Shown: positions 6,526 to 14,573 of the stretch, piece by piece
Position numbering within the stretch: position 1 is the stretch's first letter
Layout: the number at the start of each line of letters is the position of its first letter
Source: Defluviitaleaceae bacterium
Lineage (GTDB): Bacteria; Bacillota; Clostridia; Lachnospirales; WRBF01
Direction: 5' to 3'
NCBI GenBank assembly: GCA_009784685.1
Contig: WRBF01000025.1
Span: 1 to 23,144, forward strand
DNA: 23,144 nt
Program-made: the position numbers and the translations under genes
Notes under the pieces: generated by a model
What the model was told of the DNA's origin: nothing
Database searches by the model: none
What the model saw: the letters and a program-made list of their open reading frames with translations, nothing else

Positions 6526-8133
6526 TTGGTAATAAATATCGTGAATCAAAATAACAACAGTACAAATGCAAGTACAAATACCAGTACATTTCTAACCGTA
6601 TTTTCCGTTGCCGGGATAACTGCCGTTGTCAGATTGCTGACCGTTTTTAGTATGCAGCTGTATATGGCACGCTACGGAGCTACTGATCCTAAGCTTAACA
6701 TATTCAGCTATGCGTTAATGCTGCCAAACACGGTTTTTACATCTGTCGGCACGGTTTTAACGACGGCTGTTGTTCCTATTTATGCTGCGTTGATTGCTAA
6801 AAAATCAGAGATGCAGGCTAAAAAGTTTCTTGACGATATTATCTCCATTTCATCATTATTTATCCTTGCCCTTGTTTTGATAGGCACTTTTGCTGCGCCT
6901 TTTCTTGCGGGAATTGCTGTGCAGGACTCCCCCGAGCTTGTTGAATATGCGATATTTTCAATTAGAGTGCTTATGCCCGTTATGTTTGCATATGGGCTTT
7001 CTTTTATTTTCCAGGGGATTTTACAGTCCCACGGCAAGTTTAAGCTTGTTGCTGCCGTTAGTGCGCCGACTGCTATAATCACGATTGCTTATCTGTTTTT
7101 ATGGGGCGATCGTTTTGGCGTTACCGGTCTTTTGTATGCTACGCTTATCGGGCTTGTTTCGCAAGCCGCTTTACTTCTTCCTGCTGTTTTGAAAACGGGT
7201 TATCGCTTTAAGCTGTCATTTGATTTTAAAAGCGATCATATCAAGGCTTGCGGAAGACTTGTGCTGCCTGTTCTTCTTGGTGTTGGGGCATATCAAATCA
7301 ACACGCTTTATAACTCTACCGTCGCAATGCGCCTCGAAAGCACGACCATCATACATTTTGTTCAAAATATAGTTATCATGTCCGTTTTAACATTCGTTTT
7401 TTCGATTGCGGCAGTTTATTTCCCGAGGTTTTCTGTGCTGTGGGATTCTGATGATATAGTCGGCTTTAAAAAATCTCTCTCCGATGTTATGAGTGTTTTG
7501 ATATTTTTGCTTCTTCCGATGTCGTTCGGGTTTATCGCTGTAAGGTTTAACCTGCTTAACCTGCTTACATATCATGGACAGGTAACGATGGACGAGGTTT
7601 TAATTTCAGCTAATCTTTTGGCACTTTATTCGATTGGTATATTGGCACTTGGATTTAAAGAGGTTTTTGACCGTGCTTTTTATGCACAAAAAAATGCAAA
7701 AATATCCGGAAGAGTTGGCGTTTTGATAATGGGTTTGAACGTCGCTTTGAACTTAGCGTTAATTCAGTTTTTCGGCGTGTATTCGCTGCCACTTTCCTTT
7801 GCTATATCCGCTTCAATCGGAACGGCAACGCTTGTATTTATTATGAGGCGCAAACTTGAGACATTCGGCGGAGGAACTTCGGCACTTGTCTTAAGATGTT
7901 TCATTGCTTCTGTTTGCATGTTTGCTGTCTTGGCAGTGTTTATTCCGTTTTTTGATGGGTTTTTTGATAACAGCATCGCAGATAGATTTATCCGGCTGTT
8001 TGTTCCGGTTTTAGCCGGTGTTGCTGTATATTTCGGCGTTGCTGCTATGATAGGCGTTAAACAGGCTAGAATCCCTTTTGTATTCGGGCATAATCAAGTT
8101 CGCAAGATAATTCTCAAATTTAAAAGGAGTTAA
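6526..8133 (+). CDS. murJ: MurJ/MviN-family (MOP superfamily) lipid II flippase; SpoVB-like paralog not excluded
   Basis: The protein is polytopic with about 14 TM segments. It has the MurJ N-terminal signature ..ARYGATDPKLNIFSYALMLPNTVF..GTVLTTAVVPIY. The start is uncertain between TTG 6526 and GTG 6541. It starts 10 nt after the CarD-like stop, so the two are a likely operon. Confidence 0.8.
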   Translation: MVINIVNQNNNSTNASTNTSTFLTVFSVAGITAVVRLLTVFSMQLYMARYGATDPKLNIFSYALMLPNTVFTSVGTVLTTAVVPIYAALIAKKSEMQAKKFLDDIISISSLFILALVLIGTFAAPFLAGIAVQDSPELVEYAIFSIRVLMPVMFAYGLSFIFQGILQSHGKFKLVAAVSAPTAIITIAYLFLWGDRFGVTGLLYATLIGLVSQAALLLPAVLKTGYRFKLSFDFKSDHIKACGRLVLPVLLGVGAYQINTLYNSTVAMRLESTTIIHFVQNIVIMSVLTFVFSIAAVYFPRFSVLWDSDDIVGFKKSLSDVMSVLIFLLLPMSFGFIAVRFNLLNLLTYHGQVTMDEVLISANLLALYSIGILALGFKEVFDRAFYAQKNAKISGRVGVLIMGLNVALNLALIQFFGVYSLPLSFAISASIGTATLVFIMRRKLETFGGGTSALVLRCFIASVCMFAVLAVFIPFFDGFFDNSIADRFIRLFVPVLAGVAVYFGVAAMIGVKQARIPFVFGHNQVRKIILKFKRS

Positions 8134-8185
8134 GCTACTCGACATTGCTCTTTGAAGAGCGTTGTTGAGTAGTTTAACTCCTTAA
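8119..8185. terminator. Bidirectional hairpin terminator between the convergent murJ-like gene and pgi
   Basis: There is an imperfect inverted repeat, ggagttaagctactcgacattgctcttt...aagagcgttgttgagtagtttaactcc. Confidence 0.5.
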
Positions 8186-8225
8186 TCATGCTTTGCATCA
8201 TGCATTTACGAGTAGTTGAACTACA

Positions 8226-9638
8226 TTAAATAACATACTTCGGATTTTTAGAAGGCCGTGAATCAAGCTCCTTCCGTTTCTCTTCATATCCGGGATGTCC
8301 GAACAGCGCATATGTTGCATTTTTCCCCTCTTCCACTCCCGGTTGATCAAAAGCATTAATGTTCATAAGCTCTCCCGCAAAGCCTGTCGCAACTTCAAGC
8401 ATATAAATGAACTGCCCCACTGTGAACGCATTAACCTCAGGGAACGTTATCGTCATATTCATCTTGCCGTTTTTAAGCAGAGCATATTCTGTTGCAATTT
8501 GCTCATATTGAATAAGCGTATTTTGCGTCACGCCGCCTAAAAAGCCAATCGAAGGAATATCCCCAAAAATTTTCGGAATTGTTATCTCTTCCTTATATTT
8601 ATCAACCCCAACAAACACCACTATCTTATCCGAAGGACCTTCAACATAAAGCTGAACTTGCGAATGTTGATCCGTTGCTCCTAACGCTTTAACAGGGGTC
8701 GGACCAACGTTAACAACATTGCCGTCGTTATCAAGCCGCTTACCGAGAGATTCTGCCCAAAGCTGACCATACCAATCCGACATATATTTAAGCGAATCCG
8801 CATATGGCATCATAACCGATATTGGCATCCCCCGTTCCATAGCGATATAGTTTATCAAAGCGTACATATGCGCCGGGTTTTTATAAATATTCGCCTCTTT
8901 ACAAATTTCATCCATAAATGCCGCACCTGCAAGAAGCTCTTTAATGTCTATCCCGCAAAATGCTGCCGCTAAAAGCCCTACAGGTGTAAGCTCTGAAAAA
9001 CGCCCGCCGACATCTGAAGGGACATAAAATATTTTATAACCTTCGTCTTTGGCAATTTTAATTAAGTTACCCTTTTCTTTATCGGTCGTTGCGACTATAT
9101 GCTCTTTCGCCTTTTCTTTACCGAGCTTTGACTCCAACATTTCTTTGATAATCATAAACTGAGACATAGTTTCCGATGTGCTTCCTGATTTCGAAACAAC
9201 ATTAAACAGCGTTTTTTCAAGGTCGATTATATCAAACAAATAAACCAACCGTTCCGGGTCAACATTATCAGCAATATAAAGACGAGGAAACCCGCCCCGC
9301 TTTTCACGGCTAAGCTCGTTATAATACGGATGGTTTAACGCTTGCTGAACTGCCATTGGTCCAAGAGCAGAACCGCCGATACCAAGCACAACAAACGTAT
9401 CAAAGTCATCTTTAACCTCAGCAACATAATCAAGTATTTCCCGGACAATTTCATCTTGATTATAAGGAAGGTTGCGCCAAGCCATTTTTTTATCCCTATC
9501 CGTAAGCATAGCTCCGGATGCTGCCTCAATTTTGCCGCAAAGAGCAGCAATTTCACCTTCACTTATCCCGTTTTCCCCTAAAAGCTCCGCCATTACGTTG
9601 TTAAAGTCAAACTTAAGAGCCATCTTGCCTTTAGCCAT
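8226..9638 (-). CDS. pgi: Glucose-6-phosphate isomerase (~450-aa Firmicutes type)
   Basis: The conserved PGI blocks are present: VLGIGGSALGP, SKSGSTSET, GGRFSELTPVGLL, QLWAESLGK and HSQVQLY. The start is moved to the ATG at 9636-9638 (MAKGK..). The alternative is ATG 9623 (MALKFDF). The longer track ORF runs through a non-coding direct repeat. Confidence 0.9.
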   Translation of the reverse strand: MAKGKMALKFDFNNVMAELLGENGISEGEIAALCGKIEAASGAMLTDRDKKMAWRNLPYNQDEIVREILDYVAEVKDDFDTFVVLGIGGSALGPMAVQQALNHPYYNELSREKRGGFPRLYIADNVDPERLVYLFDIIDLEKTLFNVVSKSGSTSETMSQFMIIKEMLESKLGKEKAKEHIVATTDKEKGNLIKIAKDEGYKIFYVPSDVGGRFSELTPVGLLAAAFCGIDIKELLAGAAFMDEICKEANIYKNPAHMYALINYIAMERGMPISVMMPYADSLKYMSDWYGQLWAESLGKRLDNDGNVVNVGPTPVKALGATDQHSQVQLYVEGPSDKIVVFVGVDKYKEEITIPKIFGDIPSIGFLGGVTQNTLIQYEQIATEYALLKNGKMNMTITFPEVNAFTVGQFIYMLEVATGFAGELMNINAFDQPGVEEGKNATYALFGHPGYEEKRKELDSRPSKNPKYVI

Positions 9639-9726
9639 TTTATCATTTCCCTTCATAGTTTTTTCGATATCATACTTTCCCTTAAACTTTAGATTGGATC
9701 GGCTTATTAGGTTTCTTTTTAAGTCT

Positions 9727-9895
9727 TTAAAAACGACAATGTCTATAGCCACCAAACACACTAGCTTCTTTCCTTTATCAAAAACCAACAATACCTCAAG
9801 TTACCGCAAAATCTTAAAAAGCCGTTAAAAACGACAACGTCTATATCCATCAAAAACACCAACCTCTTTCATTTATCAAAAAACAACGTACACCA
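9727..9895. repeat. Two imperfect ~70-bp direct repeats (period ~98 bp) immediately left of the MITE-like palindrome
   Basis: Copy 1 is ttaaaaacgacaatgtctatagccaccaaacacactagcttctttcctttatcaaaaaccaaca. Copy 2 is ttaaaaacgacaacgtctatatccatcaaaaacaccaacctctttcatttatcaaaaaacaacg. They are about 80% identical. Confidence 0.8.
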
Positions 9896-10251
9896 ATGGT
9901 TTGGTCAAGCTTTTTAAAAGCTTGCGGGGTATTGGGGCAGCGCCCCAAGGTCTAAAAAAGGAGCTTTTTTGCATCTTTTTTTGCTCCTTCTAAAAAAAGA
10001 AGTCTGCCCTAACCAACTACAACAAATTAAAACCTTAAACTAAAAACATAGAAACCAAAAATATCCGATAGCATTTACCTTAGATGTGAAAATAGTAGGC
10101 TTTAGCTTTAGAACAAAGAGAATATGAGCGTGCCACTGGTTCTTCTTTTTTTAGAAAGAGAGCAAAAAAAGAAGCAAAAAAGCTCTCCTTTTAGACCTTG
10201 GGGCTCTGCCCCAACACCCCGCAAGCTTTTAAAAAGCTTGACCAAACCATT
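9896..10251. mobile_element. MITE-like palindromic element with ~107-bp inverted arms around a ~139-bp central region that has no ORF
   Basis: The left arm 9896-10002 and the right arm 10142-10251 are about 90% reverse-complementary. Both contain aatggtttggtcaagctttttaaaagcttgcggggt.ttggggcag.gccccaaggtctaaaa..ggag...ctttttttgctc..ttctaaaaaaagaag. Each arm carries sub-hairpins (aagctttttaaaagctt and ggggcagcgcccc). Confidence 0.75.
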
Positions 10252-10309
10252 TGACATACGTTGGTTTCTCTAAAGCGCACGATATTGGTGTTTTTGATGA
10301 TTATCAGCA

Positions 10310-11143
10310 CTATCGCTTTAAAAACCCCTCAAAACCTGCATCTTCATTCAACCCAAACTCTTCATAACCCCTCGAATTCAAAACCAAAACCCGCAAATAA
10401 TCCCCTATCTCATCCAAAAACTCCAAATGCATTTCAGAATATTCTTGCAGCCCGGCAAAAAGCAAAATACCGATTGTATTATCATGCAAATGCACAGGAA
10501 CAGCCATAACTGCCTTTGGTTTTATATCACCCAACACAGTTCGAAATATATATTCAGTATCATCCGGAATGTTGTTAATTATAGTTATTTCATTTTGCAT
10601 AGCCGCCGCACCTATAAGCCCCTCACCCATTGTGGTGTCAAATTCTTTATAAATATTTTTACCAAACCCTATCGAATATTTGAGTACAAGCTTTTCGTTT
10701 TTCGAAAGATAAAAAGCGCAGCAATTAGAATCCGTTACTGCGGCAAGCCTGGGTAGAAGTTCTTTTAACATATCTCTCATGTTAGCATTAAGCGGAATCG
10801 ATCTAATTATTCGTCGGATTTCTGTGCTTCGCCCTTCTCTAATCTCCAATATGTTTTTCGTCATTGCGACAGCTGAAAAAGCCGCTTCGAAATTTTTATC
10901 ATCCGTTGGAATGTATTCAAAGTCGGCATCATGTTGAGTTAAATTCTGAATTCCCTTTGTTAATTCCTTCGTTTGTTTCTCGGTATTTTTGCTGTGAAAA
11001 TATGATGTGAACGAATAAGTGTAAAGCGCAGTAAATGCAATTGAAAGGACAAACAAAATTGCATATCTGCCGAGGAAGAACGTGTATAATACGAAACAAG
11101 CGAACGCCATCATAAAAAACCCGGCTAAGAAAATTATCTTCAT
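10310..11143 (-). CDS. Membrane-anchored GAF-domain protein (two N-terminal TM helices plus a cytoplasmic GAF domain, with no output domain)
   Basis: A hydrophobic N-terminus (IIFLAGFFMMAFACFVLYTFFLGRYAILFVLSIAFTALY) is followed by a GAF-like core (..MGEGLIGAAAMQNEITIINNIPDD..AVMAVPVHLHDNTIGILLFAG). The start is taken at the internal ATG (MKIIF). Coordinates may be off by 1 in this stretch. Confidence 0.6.
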   Translation of the reverse strand: MKIIFLAGFFMMAFACFVLYTFFLGRYAILFVLSIAFTALYTYSFTSYFHSKNTEKQTKELTKGIQNLTQHDADFEYIPTDDKNFEAAFSAVAMTKNILEIREGRSTEIRRIIRSIPLNANMRDMLKELLPRLAAVTDSNCCAFYLSKNEKLVLKYSIGFGKNIYKEFDTTMGEGLIGAAAMQNEITIINNIPDDTEYIFRTVLGDIKPKAVMAVPVHLHDNTIGILLFAGLQEYSEMHLEFLDEIGDYLRVLVLNSRGYEEFGLNEDAGFEGFLKR

Positions 11144-11232
11144 TAGAGTTTCGTCTTTTGATTTAAAGTTCAAACTAAATTTCCTTTCAAAAAGGGGCAA
11201 AACCTTAAAAGCTCTGCCTAGCGTAATTTTAA

Positions 11233-12561
11233 TTATAACACGATATCAAACAGCGAACCTGATCCGTTCGTTCCATTGTTAAAAACTATATTGTTATTTG
11301 CTACCATGTTTTGTTGGTTTATAAAGTTAAAATAGTTGTTGAGCATTTCGTTTGGGTTAACCCGCTTAAATTCGCTCATAGATCCGGCACCGGCTTTGTT
11401 TGCTTCTTTATATGCTTCTCCGGCGATTTTTGAAATACGGCTTCCGATTCCTCCATTGACTATTCCGCCGAATGGTTGGAACGTTCTTTCCGCAACTCCG
11501 CTTACTATAGCCCCTTGAAGCTCTTCGTCGTTGATTTTCAACGAGCCGTCTGCTTGAACATCAAGCCCTGTACGAGATAATGTTTGAGAATAAGTATTTA
11601 CTGCCGACCTTAGCTTTAAAGATAGGCTGTCTGCAATTCTATCACCTTTATTAGCAAAAGCTGCCTTTAAAAGATCGTTGAAATTTTTTGCAAATCGGTT
11701 TATTTGCGCTTTGACTAAATCAACATCTGCTCCTGTTGAAATTTTGACCGGGTTGTTTGAAGCGTTTCGAAAAACAGCTTTAACGCCATAGCTTATGTTG
11801 ACCTCATTTGATGTAGAGACGATACTTGACCCGCCGTTTAAGCTGTACACAGCATTTTGCGAATCACCGGTTGTATTAGCAAGGTTAAGATCTGAAACAA
11901 TGCTGCCAAAGCCAACAACATCGCTGATTTCGAATGCGTTTAAATCACCTGTTTTAAGCGAGGTTATAGTAACAAGAGACTGTTTTGAAGACGTATCATA
12001 CTTGACTTCAGCGAACACACCGACATCAGTTTCGTTGATTACGCCTACCATCTTTTCCATAACACCTTTAGCACTATCCGTCGATTCAACTTCAACGCTA
12101 AGATTAAAACTTTTGCCGCCTGTTGAAATTGTAAAATGATTCGTACCATAAGATCCGTCAAATGGGCTGTTTGTTCTAAAAGGTGTGCCTGTATTCCTTT
12201 GCGGCGTTGCAATTTGTTGTACTGTAATTTCCGCCTTAAATCCGTTTGGTGTTTTCGCTTTTGACTTTATCTGTACAACATCTGTATTATCGGACACTAT
12301 AGTCCGTTTTCTGAAGGATGATTTCGAAAACGACATAATATCCTCAGCAACGACTTTAAGAAAAGCAGCTTCACGCTTGATTTGCGTATAGGGGTTTGAT
12401 GCAATAGCGTTATTTTTGCCATAATACGCATCAAACATGTTTTTAGCCGTTTTCGACGTAAAAGTGCTCTTTGAACCCTGAGTACCAAGGCTTACGCCTG
12501 ACGGAATACCACTTGGAAGCGCAGAATTATTAATAACAGAATTAGTAATGCCGACAGCCAT
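11233..12561 (-). CDS. Divergent FliD-like (flagellar filament cap / hook-associated protein 2-like) protein
   Basis: It has a FliD-type motif (KAEITVQQIATPQ, compare YxVxVxQLAxAQ). FliD core blocks are present: HFTISTGGKSFNLSVEVESTDSAKGVMEKMVGVINETDVGVFAEVKYD..SLVTITSLKTGDLNAF and VDLVKAQINRFAKNFNDLLKA..SLSLKLRSAVNTYSQTLSRTGLDVQADGSLKINDEELQGA. It lacks convincing terminal coiled coils. The start ATG at 12559-12561 has AAAGGGGTG 5 nt upstream. Confidence 0.5.
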   Translation of the reverse strand: MAVGITNSVINNSALPSGIPSGVSLGTQGSKSTFTSKTAKNMFDAYYGKNNAIASNPYTQIKREAAFLKVVAEDIMSFSKSSFRKRTIVSDNTDVVQIKSKAKTPNGFKAEITVQQIATPQRNTGTPFRTNSPFDGSYGTNHFTISTGGKSFNLSVEVESTDSAKGVMEKMVGVINETDVGVFAEVKYDTSSKQSLVTITSLKTGDLNAFEISDVVGFGSIVSDLNLANTTGDSQNAVYSLNGGSSIVSTSNEVNISYGVKAVFRNASNNPVKISTGADVDLVKAQINRFAKNFNDLLKAAFANKGDRIADSLSLKLRSAVNTYSQTLSRTGLDVQADGSLKINDEELQGAIVSGVAERTFQPFGGIVNGGIGSRISKIAGEAYKEANKAGAGSMSEFKRVNPNEMLNNYFNFINQQNMVANNNIVFNNGTNGSGSLFDIVL

Positions 12562-12598
12562 AAAAACACCCCTTTTGTTGGTAGGTAATAGGTAAAAG

Positions 12599-12628
12599 AT
12601 AATAGCACCAATCATAAACTTTTGTCAT
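12599..12628 (-). promoter_or_regulatory. Sigma-A-like promoter for the FliD-like/GAF pair; the -35 box is contributed by the end of a MITE-like element
   Basis: The minus strand reads aATGACAaaagtttatgattggtgcTATTATc, with the -35 at 12628-12623, an 18-nt spacer and a TGcTATTAT extended -10 at 12604-12599. The -35 overlaps element A (12624..). Confidence 0.4.
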
Positions 12629-12697
12629 TGCGGGCTTGACTCGCAATCTCAACCAATCAATGTGCTTATAAGATTGCGGGTCAAGCCCGCAATGACA
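12624..12697. mobile_element. 74-bp palindromic hairpin element (GTCATTGCGGGCTTGACYCGCAATCT arms), related to the MITE core family
   Basis: The sequence gtcattgcgggcttgactcgcaatct..(22 nt)..agattgcgggtcaagcccgcaatgac forms a perfect inverted repeat. Each arm is also an internal mini-palindrome. Confidence 0.8.
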
Positions 12698-12819
12698 GTG
12701 ATTCTATTCAACTTAACAGTGAATAACTATTTAGTTTCGAAAATTAATTATCATAAATCAGACATGGCTACATGTCTTTAAGTTTATATTACAGGCTTTT
12801 GGACTAAAAGTCAAGGATG

Positions 12820-12970
12820 TTTGCAAGTCACGACAAACGCATGAAGGTCAAAACGTGTACCGAAGCCCTGTCATTGCGGACTCACATGAATCTAATTTGA
12901 GCGAACATGCTAAAAAGCTCGTCATTGCGGGCTTGACCCGCAATCTTCATGTGTTTGTCGTGGTTTGCAA
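12820..12970. mobile_element. MITE-like element copy B (~150 bp) with 27-bp terminal inverted repeats, carrying the shared ~70-bp core
   Basis: The TIRs are tttgcaagtcacgacaaacgcatgaag and cttcatgtgtttgtcgtggtttgcaa. The core aatctaatttgagcgaacatgctaaaaagctcgtcattgcgggcttgacccgcaatcttcatg is nearly identical to 16618-16690 and 22222-22290. Confidence 0.8.
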
Positions 12971-13011
12971 GTGGGTTCATTTATTACTCATTTATATTCA
13001 TATATAACCAT

Positions 13012-13041
13012 TTGCCAAATCCTGCATAAATGTGATACAAT
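13012..13041 (+). promoter_or_regulatory. Sigma-A-like promoter (TTGCCA-18-TACAAT with TG extension) for the flavodoxin-like/SCP2 gene
   Basis: The sequence tttgccaaatcctgcataaatgtgatacaat is present. The predicted TSS near 13048 favours the ATG at 13099 as the start, rather than 13054. Confidence 0.45.
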
Positions 13042-13098
13042 CAGAGCAATATATTGATGCACCAACCACTGCAATATCTGAAAGGACTGATTATAGTT

Positions 13099-14286
13099 AT
13101 GAAGGTGGCTGTCATTAAAAGTGCTCCTAAAGATTTTGATTTTGGGGTTTCCGGCGCTTTAGACGTTATTTGTGAAATAATGAACGAGCTCGGCATTGAA
13201 GTTTATACGGCGGACTTGTTTGATGATCAAATTCATCATTATAAAGGTGTTCTTTCAGATGCTGTACAGCAAATTGCTGATAATGTTAAAAGTTCTGATG
13301 GTGTAATTTTCAGCACGGTATCTTGCTTGTTTGCGCCTTCTTCTGCTCTTTCTGCTCTTTTTGAATATTTGCATCATGATTATAATGATGTCTTAACCGG
13401 CAAAAACTGTATGAGCCTTGTTGTTAATTCCGGTGTTTTAAACGGAAGCGACCGTTCAGCTTCGGATTATTTAGGCAAAGTTCTTTCACATTTCGGTGCG
13501 TTTGATAGCATAAGGGTTTGTTTTGATGATAAAACTGCCAAGTTAGCGGCAGTTAAAGACACCGAAGAACATGGTATACTTGAAAAGCAAACTGAGGACT
13601 TTTATCGGATAGTTGCTCAAAACCGTAAATTTTTTGCATCTTATGCTTATGATCCTAAGCTGTCGGATTCCGTTAAACCTGTTAAAGACTTTAAACTTGC
13701 TGAAATTGAACCGGAAGAACTTGACTTGCTTACAGGCCTTGATGATAAGGAAATTGAGATTCTTGAATCAATTTCTCCAAAAAAATCAGATGGAGATTTC
13801 CCTGCATTCAAGCTCGAAAGTTTTAACGAAGAACAAGAGGAAGATATTGAAGTTTTAACAAACTTCTTCTCTCAAATACTTGAAAATCCTGAAGAAGAAG
13901 AGGTCTTACCCGATTTTACTTTGCCGCCTATTAAAAAAATAGTGCCGACTATGGCTTCCAGAAAAAATTCTTCTTGTTTGGCTGAAACAAAAAGCCTTTC
14001 TAATAGATTTAACCCGAAAGAAGCTTCCGGAATTAACTCTGTTATGCAGCTTAATATTAGCGGAGACGGCGGCTTTGACGGGCATTTCCATATTAATAAT
14101 TCAGAATGTTCATTTGCTCAGGGGATTTTTGCTAACCCCGATATTACTATTTTGTCAGATTCAGCCGTGTGGCTTAACATATTAAACGGGAACATTACAG
14201 CACAAAGAGCGTTTATGGTAGGGCAGTTAAAAGTTCGGGGAAATTTTACGCTGCTTAACAAGTTTGAGAATATGTTTAGGACATAA
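13099..14286 (+). CDS. Fusion protein: an N-terminal flavodoxin-like/NAD(P)H-dependent FMN-reductase-like domain, an acidic linker, and a C-terminal SCP2 sterol-carrier-like domain
   Basis: The N-terminus is MKVAVIKSAPKD..SDGVIFSTVSCLFAPSSALSALFEYL (flavodoxin-like fold). The middle is a D/E-rich low-complexity segment. The C-terminus is ..GINSVMQLNISGDGGFDGHFHINNSECSFAQGIFANPDITILSDSAVWLNILNGNITAQRAFMVGQLKVRGNFTLLNKF, which has the SCP2 signature AFMxGxLKvxGn. The start is taken at ATG 13099. Confidence 0.55.
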   Translation: MKVAVIKSAPKDFDFGVSGALDVICEIMNELGIEVYTADLFDDQIHHYKGVLSDAVQQIADNVKSSDGVIFSTVSCLFAPSSALSALFEYLHHDYNDVLTGKNCMSLVVNSGVLNGSDRSASDYLGKVLSHFGAFDSIRVCFDDKTAKLAAVKDTEEHGILEKQTEDFYRIVAQNRKFFASYAYDPKLSDSVKPVKDFKLAEIEPEELDLLTGLDDKEIEILESISPKKSDGDFPAFKLESFNEEQEEDIEVLTNFFSQILENPEEEEVLPDFTLPPIKKIVPTMASRKNSSCLAETKSLSNRFNPKEASGINSVMQLNISGDGGFDGHFHINNSECSFAQGIFANPDITILSDSAVWLNILNGNITAQRAFMVGQLKVRGNFTLLNKFENMFRT

Positions 14287-14365
14287 AAGGTTTGATATGA
14301 CAATACCCGGTTAGCGGCGAACTGATTGGATTATCATCTCGGGTTTTTGAAAAAAGGAGGTGCAA

Positions 14366-14506
14366 ATGATGGCACTTGAAACGAAAATAATTTTATTGGC
14401 AATACTTCGCATAATTAAGCAAGCGAAAACAAAAGAAGAGATATATGATGCGGTGCTTGAGCTAGCGAATGCTGAGGGAGTTAATGCTAAACCGTTGGAC
14501 GAATAA
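14366..14506 (+). CDS. Hypothetical small protein (46 aa) with a consensus Shine-Dalgarno
   Basis: AAAGGAGGTG lies 6 nt upstream of ATGATG. The product is MMALETKIILLAILRIIKQAKTKEEIYDAVLELANAEGVNAKPLDE, a predicted helical hairpin. It is below the ORF-track cut-off. Confidence 0.35.
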   Translation: MMALETKIILLAILRIIKQAKTKEEIYDAVLELANAEGVNAKPLDE

Positions 14507-14573
14507 ACAATCGGCAGGGATATATTGATCCTCTGGCTTAAAAAAAGAGTTAAATCAAAGTTAGGGTGATTAT

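Noticed and set aside
9639-9791. N-terminal 51-aa extension of the pgi ORF
   Set aside because: The extension runs through the non-coding 70-bp direct repeat. Internal ATGs at 9638 or 9623 have RBS-like sequences and give a normal ~450-aa PGI.
10261-10509. 82-aa ORF (+) and 10427..10756 (+) 109 aa
   Set aside because: They overlap the GAF-protein gene on the opposite strand and have no RBS. The first starts inside the right arm of the MITE-like palindrome.
13054-13098. Upstream ATG start for the flavodoxin/SCP2 gene, and the GTG-16873 start for the lipoprotein
   Set aside because: The predicted TSS and the lack of an SD argue against 13054. For the lipoprotein, the ATG at 16945 gives a canonical signal peptide directly after a GGAGGT SD, whereas 16873 lies inside the -10 region.
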